A stretch of 64,000 nt of DNA. It comes from Laetmonice hystrix. Taxonomy: Eukaryota. Under the pieces are notes generated by a model. It was not told the origin of the DNA. It searched no databases and was given only the letters and a program-made list of their open reading frames with translations. The stretch covers positions 13,640,001 to 13,704,000 of the forward strand of contig OZ249452.1 of NCBI GenBank assembly GCA_965235115.1, written 5' to 3'. Numbering within the stretch: the stretch's first letter is position 1; every line of letters begins with the position of its first letter. Below are positions 24,694-36,303 of the stretch, one piece after another. A program made the position numbers and the translations under genes.

Positions 24694-27517
24694 CTTAAGT
24701 CCGCAGTAGGGGTTGTCCGTACACTCAACAGGCAGACACTGAAGGTGATTTACTGGTGTTTGATAAACTCCTCTCCCAGGTTTTGAGGAGGCCTCACAAT
24801 AACTAAAACCGGCTCCCTGGGGTTCAATCTTCTCCGATACCGTTCAGGTTAACCGACAGACTAGGCAGTTCTCATGATTTAATGGAACAGTTTGATCCGT
24901 GCCACGACAAAACCCAGCTCCCTAGGGCCCAATCTGTTATGATGTCATACAACAACTAAACTTTAGGTTCACTCAGGTCACTCCCGGATTCCTCCAGTCG
25001 GGGAAATCTTGCACAACACCAAACATTTTAGCTTTAAGCGTTTAGTTTAGGCTAATGATCCAGGATAGGCCTAAAACACACGTGATCCTGCGACTTTGAC
25101 GGAGCTACCTTTCAGAGTTCAGATTGAGCAAAGAAATCGTAAGCTGTTCCACGTCCTGGTGGACCAACTTCGCTTTTTCCCATCGCGGCTAACAGAACTG
25201 TTTAAAAAAAGTTATTAAAACGTTTTCGAGATCTTTTTGTCCTTTCGGTCACATTTAACCTTGAATTTGGCGACCAAACATCAGGTTCAGTTTGGCATGC
25301 TCCAGCCATGTGCAGCGGGGCACGACCTGTGCCCCCACACCCCCACGTGTGGAGCCAACGGCCGCGGTTACCTTTGAAGTGGTCCTCTGAACCGTTAGGT
25401 GTAATATCATCTACTCCCAGTCGTCCCCTCTCATATACTTGTACATATGTCCTGTGTCGCCGTAAAACCACCCTCTCTGAACCGTTAGGTGTAATATCAT
25501 CTACTCCCAGTCGTCCCCTCTCATATATACTTGTACATTATGTCCTGTGTCACCGTAAAACTACCCTCTCTGAACCGTTATATCATCTACTCCCGGTCGT
25601 CTCCTCTCATATACTTGTACATATGTCCTGTGTCACCGTAAAACCACCCTCTCTCATATCTCAGCCGTACCCTCTCCCAAACTCTTGAACGGTTGTCGCC
25701 AATGAAGCCGACTGGTTCCGACTCCCCAGGATCGTGTCACCCGTAGTCGCCCGACGACAGCCGACGACCACAGACTTTCTTGTCTATGGTTACAACAAAA
25801 TGGACTTGTAAAAAAAAAGTTGTTGTAAAAGGTGTCGGTTACTACGAAATGTAGTCTGTCAAAGCGAGTGGAACTTCTGACAGCAATTAAAGCAATTTTA
25901 CGCCATCGCTTGCCTTGCTGAATACATTTCCATTCAAACAATTTGCTTGATCACGGTTAGGTATGTAAACAGGGCACATCTCGCAGTCGTAAGATTGGCA
26001 ACTCTGCATAGGTTTAAATAAATACTGTTACATGGCGTCCTTCCAAATTCAGATTACCTTAAAAAGTCCTGTCACTCACAATCCTTCAATTGTCAGTCTA
26101 ACGTAAAAAGAACCGTCACTCAGTTTACGTCGAAAACCGCAATTGCCTCCGTGATTTATATTCCTCAAGACCCACGTATCAGTGTCAATAGAAAAACACT
26201 TTCTTCTAATTGCGGTAAATTATGCATGCCAGCCTGTATTTTAAGTTCGTCTTGAATGTATTTTTGCAGCATTGACTATGAAAGCAACGCTGTCTACCTA
26301 TGTTTCAGTGTTCAGAAAATAATAACCCCAAGGGGTTGTAACAGAGTGGGGGGGGGGGGGGGGTGAGCAGCCAACTGGTCTCCACCCAGCCACCGCGGCG
26401 TGATACCTACCTGAATGGCAGTAAATCGGCGCGGTCTCGCAGCGCCCCCTGACGCCGAACGTCTTGTTGACAAATCTTAGACACGATGTCCGTGCAAATG
26501 TAGCGGAAAGAATGAATTGAGCTCTCGTGTTTGTTAGAGAATCTAGCGTGCGCAGAACTAGTCGGGTTTAAGTGACACTAGGTGTATTGTAAGTCACTTT
26601 ACCGCCCTAACACGTCATAAAATACGACCTTGATAGAGCGGCATCAACAGGTTGGTCATTTTAACGATTGCCCAAACTTTATGGTGGATGAAATGACCCT
26701 GATCTGAGCAGTCAGGGACTGATTCCTGGGGAAATGAACCATGTTATGATTACGATTACTTCATACTTCATGGCCTGGTCATAAAAATCATCTTAATGGT
26801 TGCTGAGAGAAGATTTCCCTGAAGGTTCTACCTTTTACACATGTCCTTAAAGGTACAACCGCTGTGAGGTGTTCCCCTCAAAGCCTGTTGGAGCGTAAGT
26901 CCTGGGTTGACACGATAAATCTCAGTCGTACAGCTGGTAAAGCGTGGTATTATAGTACCAAGCCGTCAAATTCTGTTCCAACTGTGAGTGAGCCGGGATA
27001 GGGAGGGGGCGCTATGTGTTCAGGTATTTTTCCTGTTAGTGTTAAATGTTAGAGTTACTCTTCTGAATAGGTAGGTTTATGATGCCATTGTATTCACACC
27101 ACGACATTGAAACCTTTCTAATTAATTAGTAAGGCGTCAACAGCTTGCTTGTCAATGATGATGCGTGACTTAGTTTTAGCAATTAATGTTATAACAGGAA
27201 TCTGATTCTGACATGGTTCATGAGGGTGACACAGGAAACTGCAATTAATTTAGATCGTGGCTGTCTTTCGACTAATGTTACGGGGAAAGTAATAAATAAA
27301 TTAATCAATTCAAGCCTCATTTATCACATAATTAACCTTAAATCATTCTTTCATTAATTGCAGTCTCATTAGGATTGATTGATCACCATTTTAACCTGTC
27401 TCAGCTGAACTCATACCTGCAACACTCCAACAGGCCATTTGGTCCTCTGGAGTTTGGACAGCAGACATTGTTGAGTTTCATGTGATATTTTTCCATTTGG
27501 GGACAGCACGGAAACTA
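24694..27517 (-). CDS. Probable internal exons of an unidentified minus-strand gene; may extend from ~29 kb to ~16-20 kb
   Basis: Three exon-like segments with AG/GT boundaries join in frame: 27517-27417 (VSVLSPNGKISHETQQCLLSKLQRTKWPVGVLQ), 25188-25109 (PRWEKAKLVHQDVEQLTISLLNLNSE), 24802-24694 (SYCEASSKPGRGVYQTPVNHLQCLPVECTDNPYCGLK). No family recognised. Confidence 0.4.
25385..25650. repeat. ~85-bp tandem repeat, 3 copies
   Basis: ctctgaaccgttaggtgtaatatcatctactcccagtcgtcccctctcatatacttgtacatatgtcctgtgtc.ccgtaaaac repeated, third copy with a deletion. Confidence 0.9.
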
Positions 27518-28815
27518 CTGTGTAGTTTCATTGTTCTAACCACAGGACCTTTACACATATTAACCCTATAATCCCTAACACACTACTGCTGACTAGACAA
27601 GTATTATAAATGCAAACAAAGAAAATATTTTTTTTTAGAATTGACCTATAACATCCATCATAAACCGTTTTAGACACTCTATATTTCGGTCTATAGATGA
27701 TGCTTCCTTCGTGGGTTCTGTCATTCAGTATACGTACAGGCTTACCTTTGAGGGCAGATAACAATATGCCATTACATAGGGCAATGTGACGCAATGTAAC
27801 CCTACGATTTGTCCAGCACAATGAAGTTGTTTGCCCCCCTCCCCCGGGGGTGGGGGCACTGTCTCTGGACGCCCCTACGGATGGTGGCAACTTAATAATT
27901 GTTTACCATCTGTCAATGACATCCTCCCCCGCCGGTGTGAAAACCCCATTATTACGTAACAATGCATGTGTCCCACATGTCGGTGCAGACAGTGGTGGGT
28001 GGACATCGGGACAGATTACGGGTGAGGTGTCTAATTATAGACAGGACGGAGACAATGGGCTGGGATATGATCACAATAAATATATCTATGACACCTGTCT
28101 GGCTAAGGACGACATCAAAGTGTTTGGTATGCACACAGGTGGGCGAGTCAAGATACCTGGCAAACGGGCAGGCGCTTTGTTTGTTGTTGCTAGATTGTAG
28201 CCTATAGGCCTAACGTTAGCGGCAATACGTGGTCAGCAATATTATATGTACAATGTAGGCCTAGGCTATACATGTACTCAGTAGACATGCTGTATAACAG
28301 CTCAGAATCCGACTGAGCAGAAGATGAAGGCTTTGTTTAGCTTAGCAGGTGGTAAGTGCCAAGTGGTAGGTGGACTATGGTATAGATCTACATACGACTA
28401 GCCTCTAGGCCTAGAAAAGCTTAGAAATGTTCCACTACTGCCAACAACACCTGTGCGCCGTAGTTTCAGTCCTTGTAATGTTAGAGATTTTGTCAAGATG
28501 TTGGGTCTTATTTCTCCAAGGCTACCTTTAAGAACTGAGTGTGTCGGTGATGCGAGTACACGATCGTCTAAAGCGATGAATGACACCTACGTGTGACCGC
28601 GCCTTAACCGGGCCGCGCTGACTGCCGGCCGGCCGGACGGGCCGTCCGCGAGTCGGTGTGAACGTGGTGTCCTTCTCACAACCCGCCTGTGCCGTTAAAA
28701 AGTGACTCAGATAATTCTTAGAAGGACATCCTGGTTGAAATCCTAACCTTGACAACACAGAGATCGGAACTGTTGGGTCAGAAGACCGGCATGGAAAGCT
28801 GATCCTTAACTTACC

Positions 28816-29200
28816 TCAGACAGCGGCCGACTTGTACGTTAGCTCTGATCGATACAATGATGTAGTTGTTGGCGGGATGTTCAGAACGGTTCGTCTTTAG
28901 TAGGTCCCCGTGAAAGTAGGGCGATGCGCCGCTACAGCAGACTGGCTTCAGCGACCGGGGCACCGCCTGTGTTGTGGTATCCACGTGGCCTAGTTAGCAG
29001 TGCGCATGCGTAGTAGGTCAGCGAATGGCGGGCTTCTGGTGGTGGGCGGTCGTCTGCTATGTCGTTGTTGTAGCAGGCAGGTGGTGTGTTCTAAAGGTGA
29101 TCAGTCTGGGTGAATCATAGTTAGCGGGCAATCACTTGTCACCTGGCACGCATGCGTGACGTCTGTCAATTCTACTCCTGCACCAGTCGACCCCCAATCG
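28816..29200. promoter_or_regulatory. CpG-rich promoter-like region with NRF1-like sites and a minus-strand non-coding first exon
   Basis: tgcgcatgcg at ~29001, cacgcatgcgtg at ~29149, high CpG density, and a minus-strand donor ctgag|gtaagt at ~28815. Confidence 0.45.
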
Positions 29201-29653
29201 TCATAAATGTCAGCGTTCACTTAAACTAATTAGTTCAAGATGTTCGCGACAGCTAGAGTGAATCATAGATGGGCCAAGTTGCGATAGAATTGGGAGGAGG
29301 GGGGGGGGGGGGGGTTATAGACCTGAGCAAAAAGGAAGTCTCTGTTGGCGACGATCAAGAGTAAAGACTGGGGCCTAGGCCTAGAGAATCTAGGCCTATA
29401 TGAAGTGAATAATCTATATTTATTAGCTAGGTATCTATAGGCCTATAATAGCCCTAGACTACCTACATGCCTAAACCCTTGAATAGAAAATAAAAACTGA
29501 TCAAGGCTAGTGTTTATCAGTCTTTATTATTTATTATAGGCCTAGACCTAGGCCTCAATTTCTATTTGCCGCCCCCACCCCTTCACCCCCTTTGAAAATA
29601 ACATCCCATCTCTCCGCCAGAGAGCTTCCGCTTCCAGTTCAGCTGGCATCCTC

Positions 29654-32600
29654 GTCAAAGTGTTTCCGCTTCCCGCGTTCCCCGACGTGAACTTCGGCTG
29701 ACACCGCGCACCGCTGCCGGACGCTGACAGCGCCAGAACCGAACAGGTTGACGGACTGACAGACGCCGCTATAATTAGGCCACTCACGTACGTCACGACG
29801 GCAGTCGTTACGTCAGGCTGGTCGAAAAGGTACGACCCCAGCCCTACGATTCTGGCCAGACTTGGTGTGTTTACTTTCGGGCGGTGGTTCTCCTTATTTG
29901 ACCTGAGCTGGGAACATTGAGCCCGTACTCGTCCGATGGTGACACCTGGCGGAGAAGAAGGCAATTCGGGTATCTGCTAGATGGCGCCACTGTTCTCTGG
30001 GCTGGGCCTATGCCTCGTGGTTGTTTCAAAGAGTGTAGAAGGATTCTACACTCTTTGGTTGTCTGACCTGTGAACTATAGGCCTACATGTATAGGCCTAT
30101 ACAGCCTACTACACCGTCGAGGTACATGCCCAGGGCCAGAGGCTGGAGCGTATACTGTCGACCTGGGGGTTATATGGGTGGAGGGATGTGGGCTGGCTTC
30201 TTATGTTATCGGTATTATCGGTTGCTAAGCTAATATTTGTTGTCATATTTCAGAATAATGGCGGCCGTTCCGTCGTGGCTTCACACGCTCCTGGTGGACC
30301 AGTCCACTGACAGGTGAGGTGGGAGTAGGCCTATAGGATCATGTAAACATGTTCCAGGGCCCCAAGGTGTAGGCCTAGGGCCTTACACGTTCTGGGCCCC
30401 GATGTGTAGACCCAGGGAGCTCCACGTGCTGCCCCAACCATGGGCTTCTCACCAGCTTTAGCGGATTTGTCTTTAAATGTTTTTAAAAGACACCCTTTCT
30501 GATGGTGTTAATTGGCATGTAATTGGCATGTTATCAATATCATGTCGGTATACTAGGTGGAGGCTGGCCCCCATGCAGGTCCCCCTTGCCAGATTTTTCC
30601 ACCTTGACCTCAAACCCTTAAAACTCTGAATATGGCCCTGTTTGCCTTGTAACGTTCCGCCGTTGCCGGCAGGTACCACATCGAGTACCATGGCTTCCTG
30701 TCCAACCACCTGGCCCACGGTTGTATCGCCCTCTGGTGGCTGGGGGCCGAACAACACCGCGTCCAGCAGTATATCGACTGGTACGTCACCAAACTCGAGA
30801 AACCTGTCATAGAAACGGAAAAGGTATCGGACGTATCCAGTCTCCTCGGGAAACGAACCCATTACAACACACTTCGCTCTCACTATACTCACAAACTGAC
30901 TGATGATCACAAGGGAGACGTGGATTCTCTCATACGAAGTGAGTTTCCGAAGCTGTCCCTTGGCCTCAGCTGTTCAGCGTTCCATGGCCTGATCCACCTT
31001 GGCTACGGTTACTCAGTGCGTTCGGATCGTGTTGCCCTTGAGGGACTCGCCTACCTGAACCATTCCTACAGCCCCCTGGTCCTGTCGGAGGACAAACGCC
31101 CCCTAGCGGGATTCGGGAAAGGGCAGAAACCGATCCTGGACGTTCTCGCCGAGGTTAAAGCGGATGTTGAACTGCGAGAGTTCATGTCCGCGGAGAGCAA
31201 GCGACGATATCAAAAGGCAAGTCCTCTGTGAATGATTCTAGTCATGGAATTTTAACAGACTTGTCGATCTATGCCTATGGGTCTGTTCCAGTCCAGTGTA
31301 GGCCACCGTTAAGATACACAGTCATATGATAAAGTTAATTTCTTACAGTCATGATTTCGTGTTTCAGGGAAAGAGTGGTTCCTTCCAGTACTGCGTCGCT
31401 TCACTCTTCCAGTGCAGAGGGGACCGTCTCATTGACTACGTCAACTCTATTGAAATCCCGCTACTGTCGCAGGAACTATCCCCTGGAGATTATAAAGTGA
31501 GGGCCTATAATGGCCACCATGTGTTTTTACATGTTACAACCTTTTTTTTATCAACTTGTTCATTTCTCAAGCATGCTTAACCTAGTTCCTAGAGGCCTAT
31601 ATGCCTACTGGTACCTTAAAGCAAGATTTAAGATCCATGTAGGCCTATATTTTGTTTGACAAACATATTTGTAGGTTATGGAGCTTTGTGATTGGGTGAC
31701 CGACTGTGCCATCACGGTGTACGGAATGGCGTCACGGCGTAACGACTTCTTCCTAGTTCATGGCGTGACCGCTGCGTGGAGCCTCTGTAAAATCGCGGCC
31801 GTCCTAGCGGACGGTACCGAAACCAACCATCTCCACGTTCTAACTGCAGTGAGGGTGTTACTCGCCGGGCTATTGGCGACCTACATGGCCCAGGACTGCC
31901 CCCTGCTGGACGCTTCCAACCTCGACCTGGAGACGCCCACGTGGGAGGAGCTGATTGGTCAGGCAGTTTCAATTGATCGTGATGAGCACGTGTATAAATT
32001 GGTCCAAGTGTGCCGGCACCGCTCGCAGGAAAATCATGACGCCAAAATGGCAGAATTATATCGGAAGTGTGCTTACATTGCCGTGAATTATCCACTGGCT
32101 TTCTCTGGCTAATTTAAAATATCTGACCAATTCCCTGGCAGCGACCCCCCTCCTCTTCGCTCCATCCCAGTGTAACCAAAATCATAAAACATGCTTTTAA
32201 AAACTCGATAGCAAGCCGGAAACTTACAAGGGCTTTAGGCCTAATTATTATTCTTATAATACGTTGTATTTTCAAAGTGTCTATGGTAGGCCTAGTTATT
32301 ATAGTTTCCTCAAATTGAGAGGCTGAAATGAACTACGCATAGAGGGGCCTAGGCCTACTAGCAAGGGATCTAGTACTGTAGGCCCACAGAAAAGGAGTCG
32401 GCCTCTGACTTTATATACAAATACACACTTGAACTTCGAGAACCACTTGATGTCCTAGTCAGTTCACTACGACACAACGGTCCGATAAAACCCTTCTGAC
32501 AATGTTGATTGATGGTCTCGATACAATCATGTCTGTGTGGTAAACTTGTATCTTAGCGTAGCCTTGCCACTCTTCATTCTGAAGCGAAGAACACGCCTTA

Positions 32601-32915
32601 TAGGCCTAGCTGGCCTAAATAATGGATACAGTAGTTTGCATCATATTTTAGGTACAAGGGTTTCCACACAAGAGCATGGACCCCTTTTTAATGACCCACA
32701 TATATTTTCAGAATCACCTACATCTTCAGTAGCCTACATTATAGAATGATTTCATGACGTTTTTTTCGAGAATTTTAATAAAACTATGCAACCAGTTCCT
32801 CACTTGCTATAGATTAGCTGGTGTCTTTATAACAAGGCACTTCCCTTCCCTGAAGATAGGCCCAACGCCAGAGTAGCATTTTGTTTACTTTCTCCACCGC
32901 TGTGCCCGACAGATG
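29654..32915 (+). repeat. Tandem segmental duplication, copy 1
   Basis: Collinear with copy 2 from gtcaaagtg.ttccgcttcccgcg (29654 vs 33077) through the gene to gaacacgcctt (32599 vs 36717). Weaker homology of ~32625-32915 to ~39712-40130. Confidence 0.9.
30258..32112 (+). CDS. Questin oxidase-like / DUF4243 family oxidoreductase, paralog 1 (388 aa)
   Basis: Exons 30258-30313, 30673-31216 (GC donor aag|gcaagt), 31368-31496 and 31675-32112 join in frame. Family-type motifs: GFLSNHLAHGCIALWWLGA, AFHGLIHLGYG, EGLAY, NDFFLVHGVTAAWS, DEHVYKLV. Confidence 0.85.
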
Positions 32916-33543
32916 GGTGCACAGTCTTAACGCAAAAATAGCCCAGTGCGGTCTCTATTTACTACACTCTCTGATAACGCTATGCATGTGGACTGGACCT
33001 GATCACACCCGCGCAATAATATAACCCCGTGGTTTTCTTACGCGTGACGTCATGGCCATTCCCTGATTTGACCCCCGTCAAAGTGCTTCCGCTTCCCGCG
33101 TTCTCAGAAGTGAAGTTCGGCTGACACCGCGCCTCGCTGCCAGACGCTGACCGTTCGTAGGCGGCGCCAGAACCGAACGGGTTGACGGACTGACAGACGC
33201 CGTGACTGGAGCATTCACGTAGGCTACAGTCTTCACATCTGGCTGATCGAAAAAAACGCTGCCAGCGCTACGATTCTGGCCAGACTTGGTGTGTTTACAT
33301 AAGGGGCGGTGAAACCGATCTCCTTATTTGCCCTGAGCCAGCGGCAGTGAGACCGATGGTGACACCTGGCGGAGAAGAAGACAATTTGGGTATCTGCTAG
33401 ATGGCGCCACTGTTCTCTGGGCTTTGCCTCGTGGATGCCCTGTGAACTACACTGAACCGTCGAGTTACGTTTAAAAATATCGGTGTAAAGACCTAAATTT
33501 ACGTTGCTATATAAGCTAACATTTGTTGTCATATTTCAGGATA

Positions 33544-35728
33544 ATGGCGGCCGTTCCGTCGTGGCTTCACACGCTCCTGGTGGACCAGTCCACTGACAGG
33601 TGAGGTGGGGAGTAGGATCTTGTAAACATGTTCCAGGGCCCCAAGGTGTTGCCTTATAGGGCCTTACACGTTCCGGGCCCCAAGATGCAGACCCAGGGCC
33701 TATGCTCCACGTGCTGCCCCAACCAGCGGCTTCTCACCAGCTTCAGCTGACGTGTCTTTAAATATTTCTTATCCATAAGACACCCAGTCCTTTCTGGTGG
33801 TGTTAATCTGTATACATGTTTTTATGTCGGTAGGTTTATGTATTGTCAGTGTAGGTTTAAGCTGGACCCACCCCCACCCCCACCCCCCGTTTCCTTGCAA
33901 AATATTTCCACCTTGACCTCAAACCTTTAAACTCTGAATATGGCCCTGTTTGCCTTGTAACGTTCCGCCGTTGCCGGCAGGTACCACATCGAGTACCATG
34001 GCTTCCTGTCCAACCACCTGGCCCACGGTTGTATCGCCCTCTGGTGGCTGGGGGCCGAACAACACCGCGTCCAGCAGTTCATCGACTGGTACGTCACCAA
34101 ACTCGAGAAACCCGTTATAGAAACGGAAAAGGTGTCAGACGTATCCAGTCTCCTCGGGAAACGAACCCATTACAACACACTTCGCTCTCACTATACTCAC
34201 AAACTGACTGAAGATCATAAGGGAGATGTAGATTCTCTCATACGAAGTGAGTTTCCGAAGCTATCCCTTGGCCTCAGCTGTTCAGTGTTCCATGGCCTGA
34301 TCCACCTTGGCTACGGTTACTCAGTGCGTTCTGAACGTGTTATCCTTGAGGGACTCGCCTACCTGAACCATTCCTACAGCCCCCTGGTCCTGTCGGAGGA
34401 GAAACGCCCCCTAGCGGGATTCGGAAAAGGGAAGAAACCGATCCTGGACGTTCTCGCCGAGGTCAAAGCGGATGTTGAACTGCGAGAGTTCGCGTTTGCG
34501 GAGAGCAAGCGAGGACGTGAAAAGGCAAGTCAAAAGGCAATTTTAGAGACGCTTGTCGATCTATGGGTCTGTTCCAGTCCAATGTAGGCCCAATTTGGAC
34601 CGTTAAGATACACATTATGATAAAGTTAAGTTCTTACAGTCATGATTTCGTGTTTCAGGGAAAGAGCGGTCCCTTCCAGCAGTGCGTCGGTTCACTCTTC
34701 CAGTGCAGAGGGGACCGTCTCATTGACTACGTCAACTCTATTGAAATCCCGCTACTGTCGCCGGAAGTATCCCCAGGAGATTACAAAGTAAGGGCCTAAT
34801 GGCCACCGTGTGTTTTTACATGTTGAGATTACAAAGTAAGGGCCTAATGGCCACCGTGTGTTTTTACATGTTGAGATTACAAAGTAAGGGCCTAATGGCC
34901 ACCGTATGTTTTTACATGTTGAGATTACAAAGTAAGGGCCTAATGGCCACCATGTGTTTTTACTTTTGTGGCGGATCGAGGTGGGGGGGGGGGGGGGGGG
35001 GGCAGGGGGCACGTGCCGCCTTTAGCTTCCTGAATTAGGCCTATCTTAGGACATTATGAGAGGACATAATGAAGCAAATGGTTATAACTTAGGACACAGA
35101 AGTCTGAAACATACAAAAAGATCTTTGCCTTGGTTAATGCAAACAATCATGAATGTGCCCCCTCCCTGTAGTGAAATCCTGCATCCACCAGTGATGTAGG
35201 CCTATAGTATAGGCCTAGGCCTATGTTACAACCGGTTTCATCAACTTGTTGGTTTCTCAAGAATGCTTAACCTACCTATAGGTTCTGGAGCTTTGTGATT
35301 GGGTGACCGACTGTGCCATCACGGTGTACGGAATGGCGTCAACGCGTAACGACTTCGTACTAATTCACGGAGTGACCTCTGCGTGGAGCCTCTCTAAAAT
35401 CGCAGCCACCCTGGCGGACGGTACCGAAACCAACCATCTACACGTTCTAACTGCAGTGAGGGTGTTTCTCGCCGGGCTATTGGCGACCTATCTGGCCCTG
35501 GAGTGCCCCCTGCTGGACGATTCCAACCTTGACCTGGAGACGCCCACGTGGGAGGAGCTGATTGGTCAGGCAGTTTCAATTGATCGTGATGAGCACGTGT
35601 ACAAATTGGTCCAAGTGTGCCGGCACCGCTCGCAGGAAAATCATGACGCCAAAATGGCAGAATTATATCGGAAGTGTGCTTACATCGCCGTGACTTATCC
35701 ACTAGCTTTTTACTGGCTAAATATCTGA
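33544..35728 (+). CDS. Questin oxidase-like / DUF4243 family oxidoreductase, paralog 2 (391 aa)
   Basis: Exons 33544-33599, 33981-34524 (GC donor aag|gcaagt), 34659-34787 and 35282-35728, same phases as paralog 1 and no stops. Exon 1 is identical and exon 2 roughly 94-95% identical by eye. Confidence 0.85.
34777..34963 (+). repeat. 48-bp x4 tandem repeat that contains the exon-3 splice donor of paralog 2
   Basis: gagattacaaa|gtaagggcctaatggccaccgtgtgtttttacatgtt at 34777, 34825, 34873 and 34921; single copy in paralog 1. Confidence 0.97.
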
Positions 35729-35865
35729 CTCGCCGACCTGGTTTCAGGGGCAGAACCCTGGGTGGGGTGGAGCGAATTTGTTACCAATTCCCTGGCAGCG
35801 ACGCCCCCCCCCCCCCATCACCGTTTTCTGTATAACTAAAATCATGAAACATGCCTTTAAAACTC

Positions 35866-36303
35866 TAGCCTGGTCCCCTGTGCCTACCATACGCATCCGC
35901 TATGTTAGGCCAGGTGCTGGCTGACCAAAAGCCGCGAAACGGAAGTGATTAAACTCCAAGCACTTCCGCTTCCGTTCCGTTGGTCAGCGTTAACAGAGTG
36001 ACCGACTTCTGCTTGGAGCGTGGCCGGGAGTGGCCAACATGCCCATGCGTATGCAGACCGTAGCAGGTGTGGGGACCGATGACGCTTCTACTATGTTTAC
36101 ATCCAGAAAAGCGAGAACATTTAACACTTGTATTTTAAAGGGATTGACGAAAGTATCTGTATCTTGTTGGAGAAGTACGGAGGGTACGGAACTACCTCGT
36201 TTGAGTCCATGTTTTCGATGGGCCAATCACAATGCTTTCTTTGATTAGCCTTCACCAGGCTCAATACGTATACGTAGTCAATATAGAGCTGGGGACCAGG
36301 CTA
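35866..36303. mobile_element. 438-bp non-autonomous DNA transposon (MITE), Academ(H)-like termini
   Basis: TIR tagcctggtcccc (35866) / ggggaccaggcta (36303), perfect 9-bp TSD ttaaaactc (35857-35865, 36304-36312), and the empty site is present in copy 1 (~32199-32207). Insertion is certain; superfamily is inferred from TAG...CTA ends plus 9-bp TSD. Confidence 0.85.

Noticed and set aside
27528-28207. ORFs of 60-120 aa on both strands
   Set aside because: No convincing splice context, start codon or homology; overlapping frames are equally open.
29548-29964. 138-aa minus-strand ORF in the DUF4243 promoter region
   Set aside because: Not ATG-initiated by my reading, and the frame is broken by indels in the duplicate at 33077-33400.
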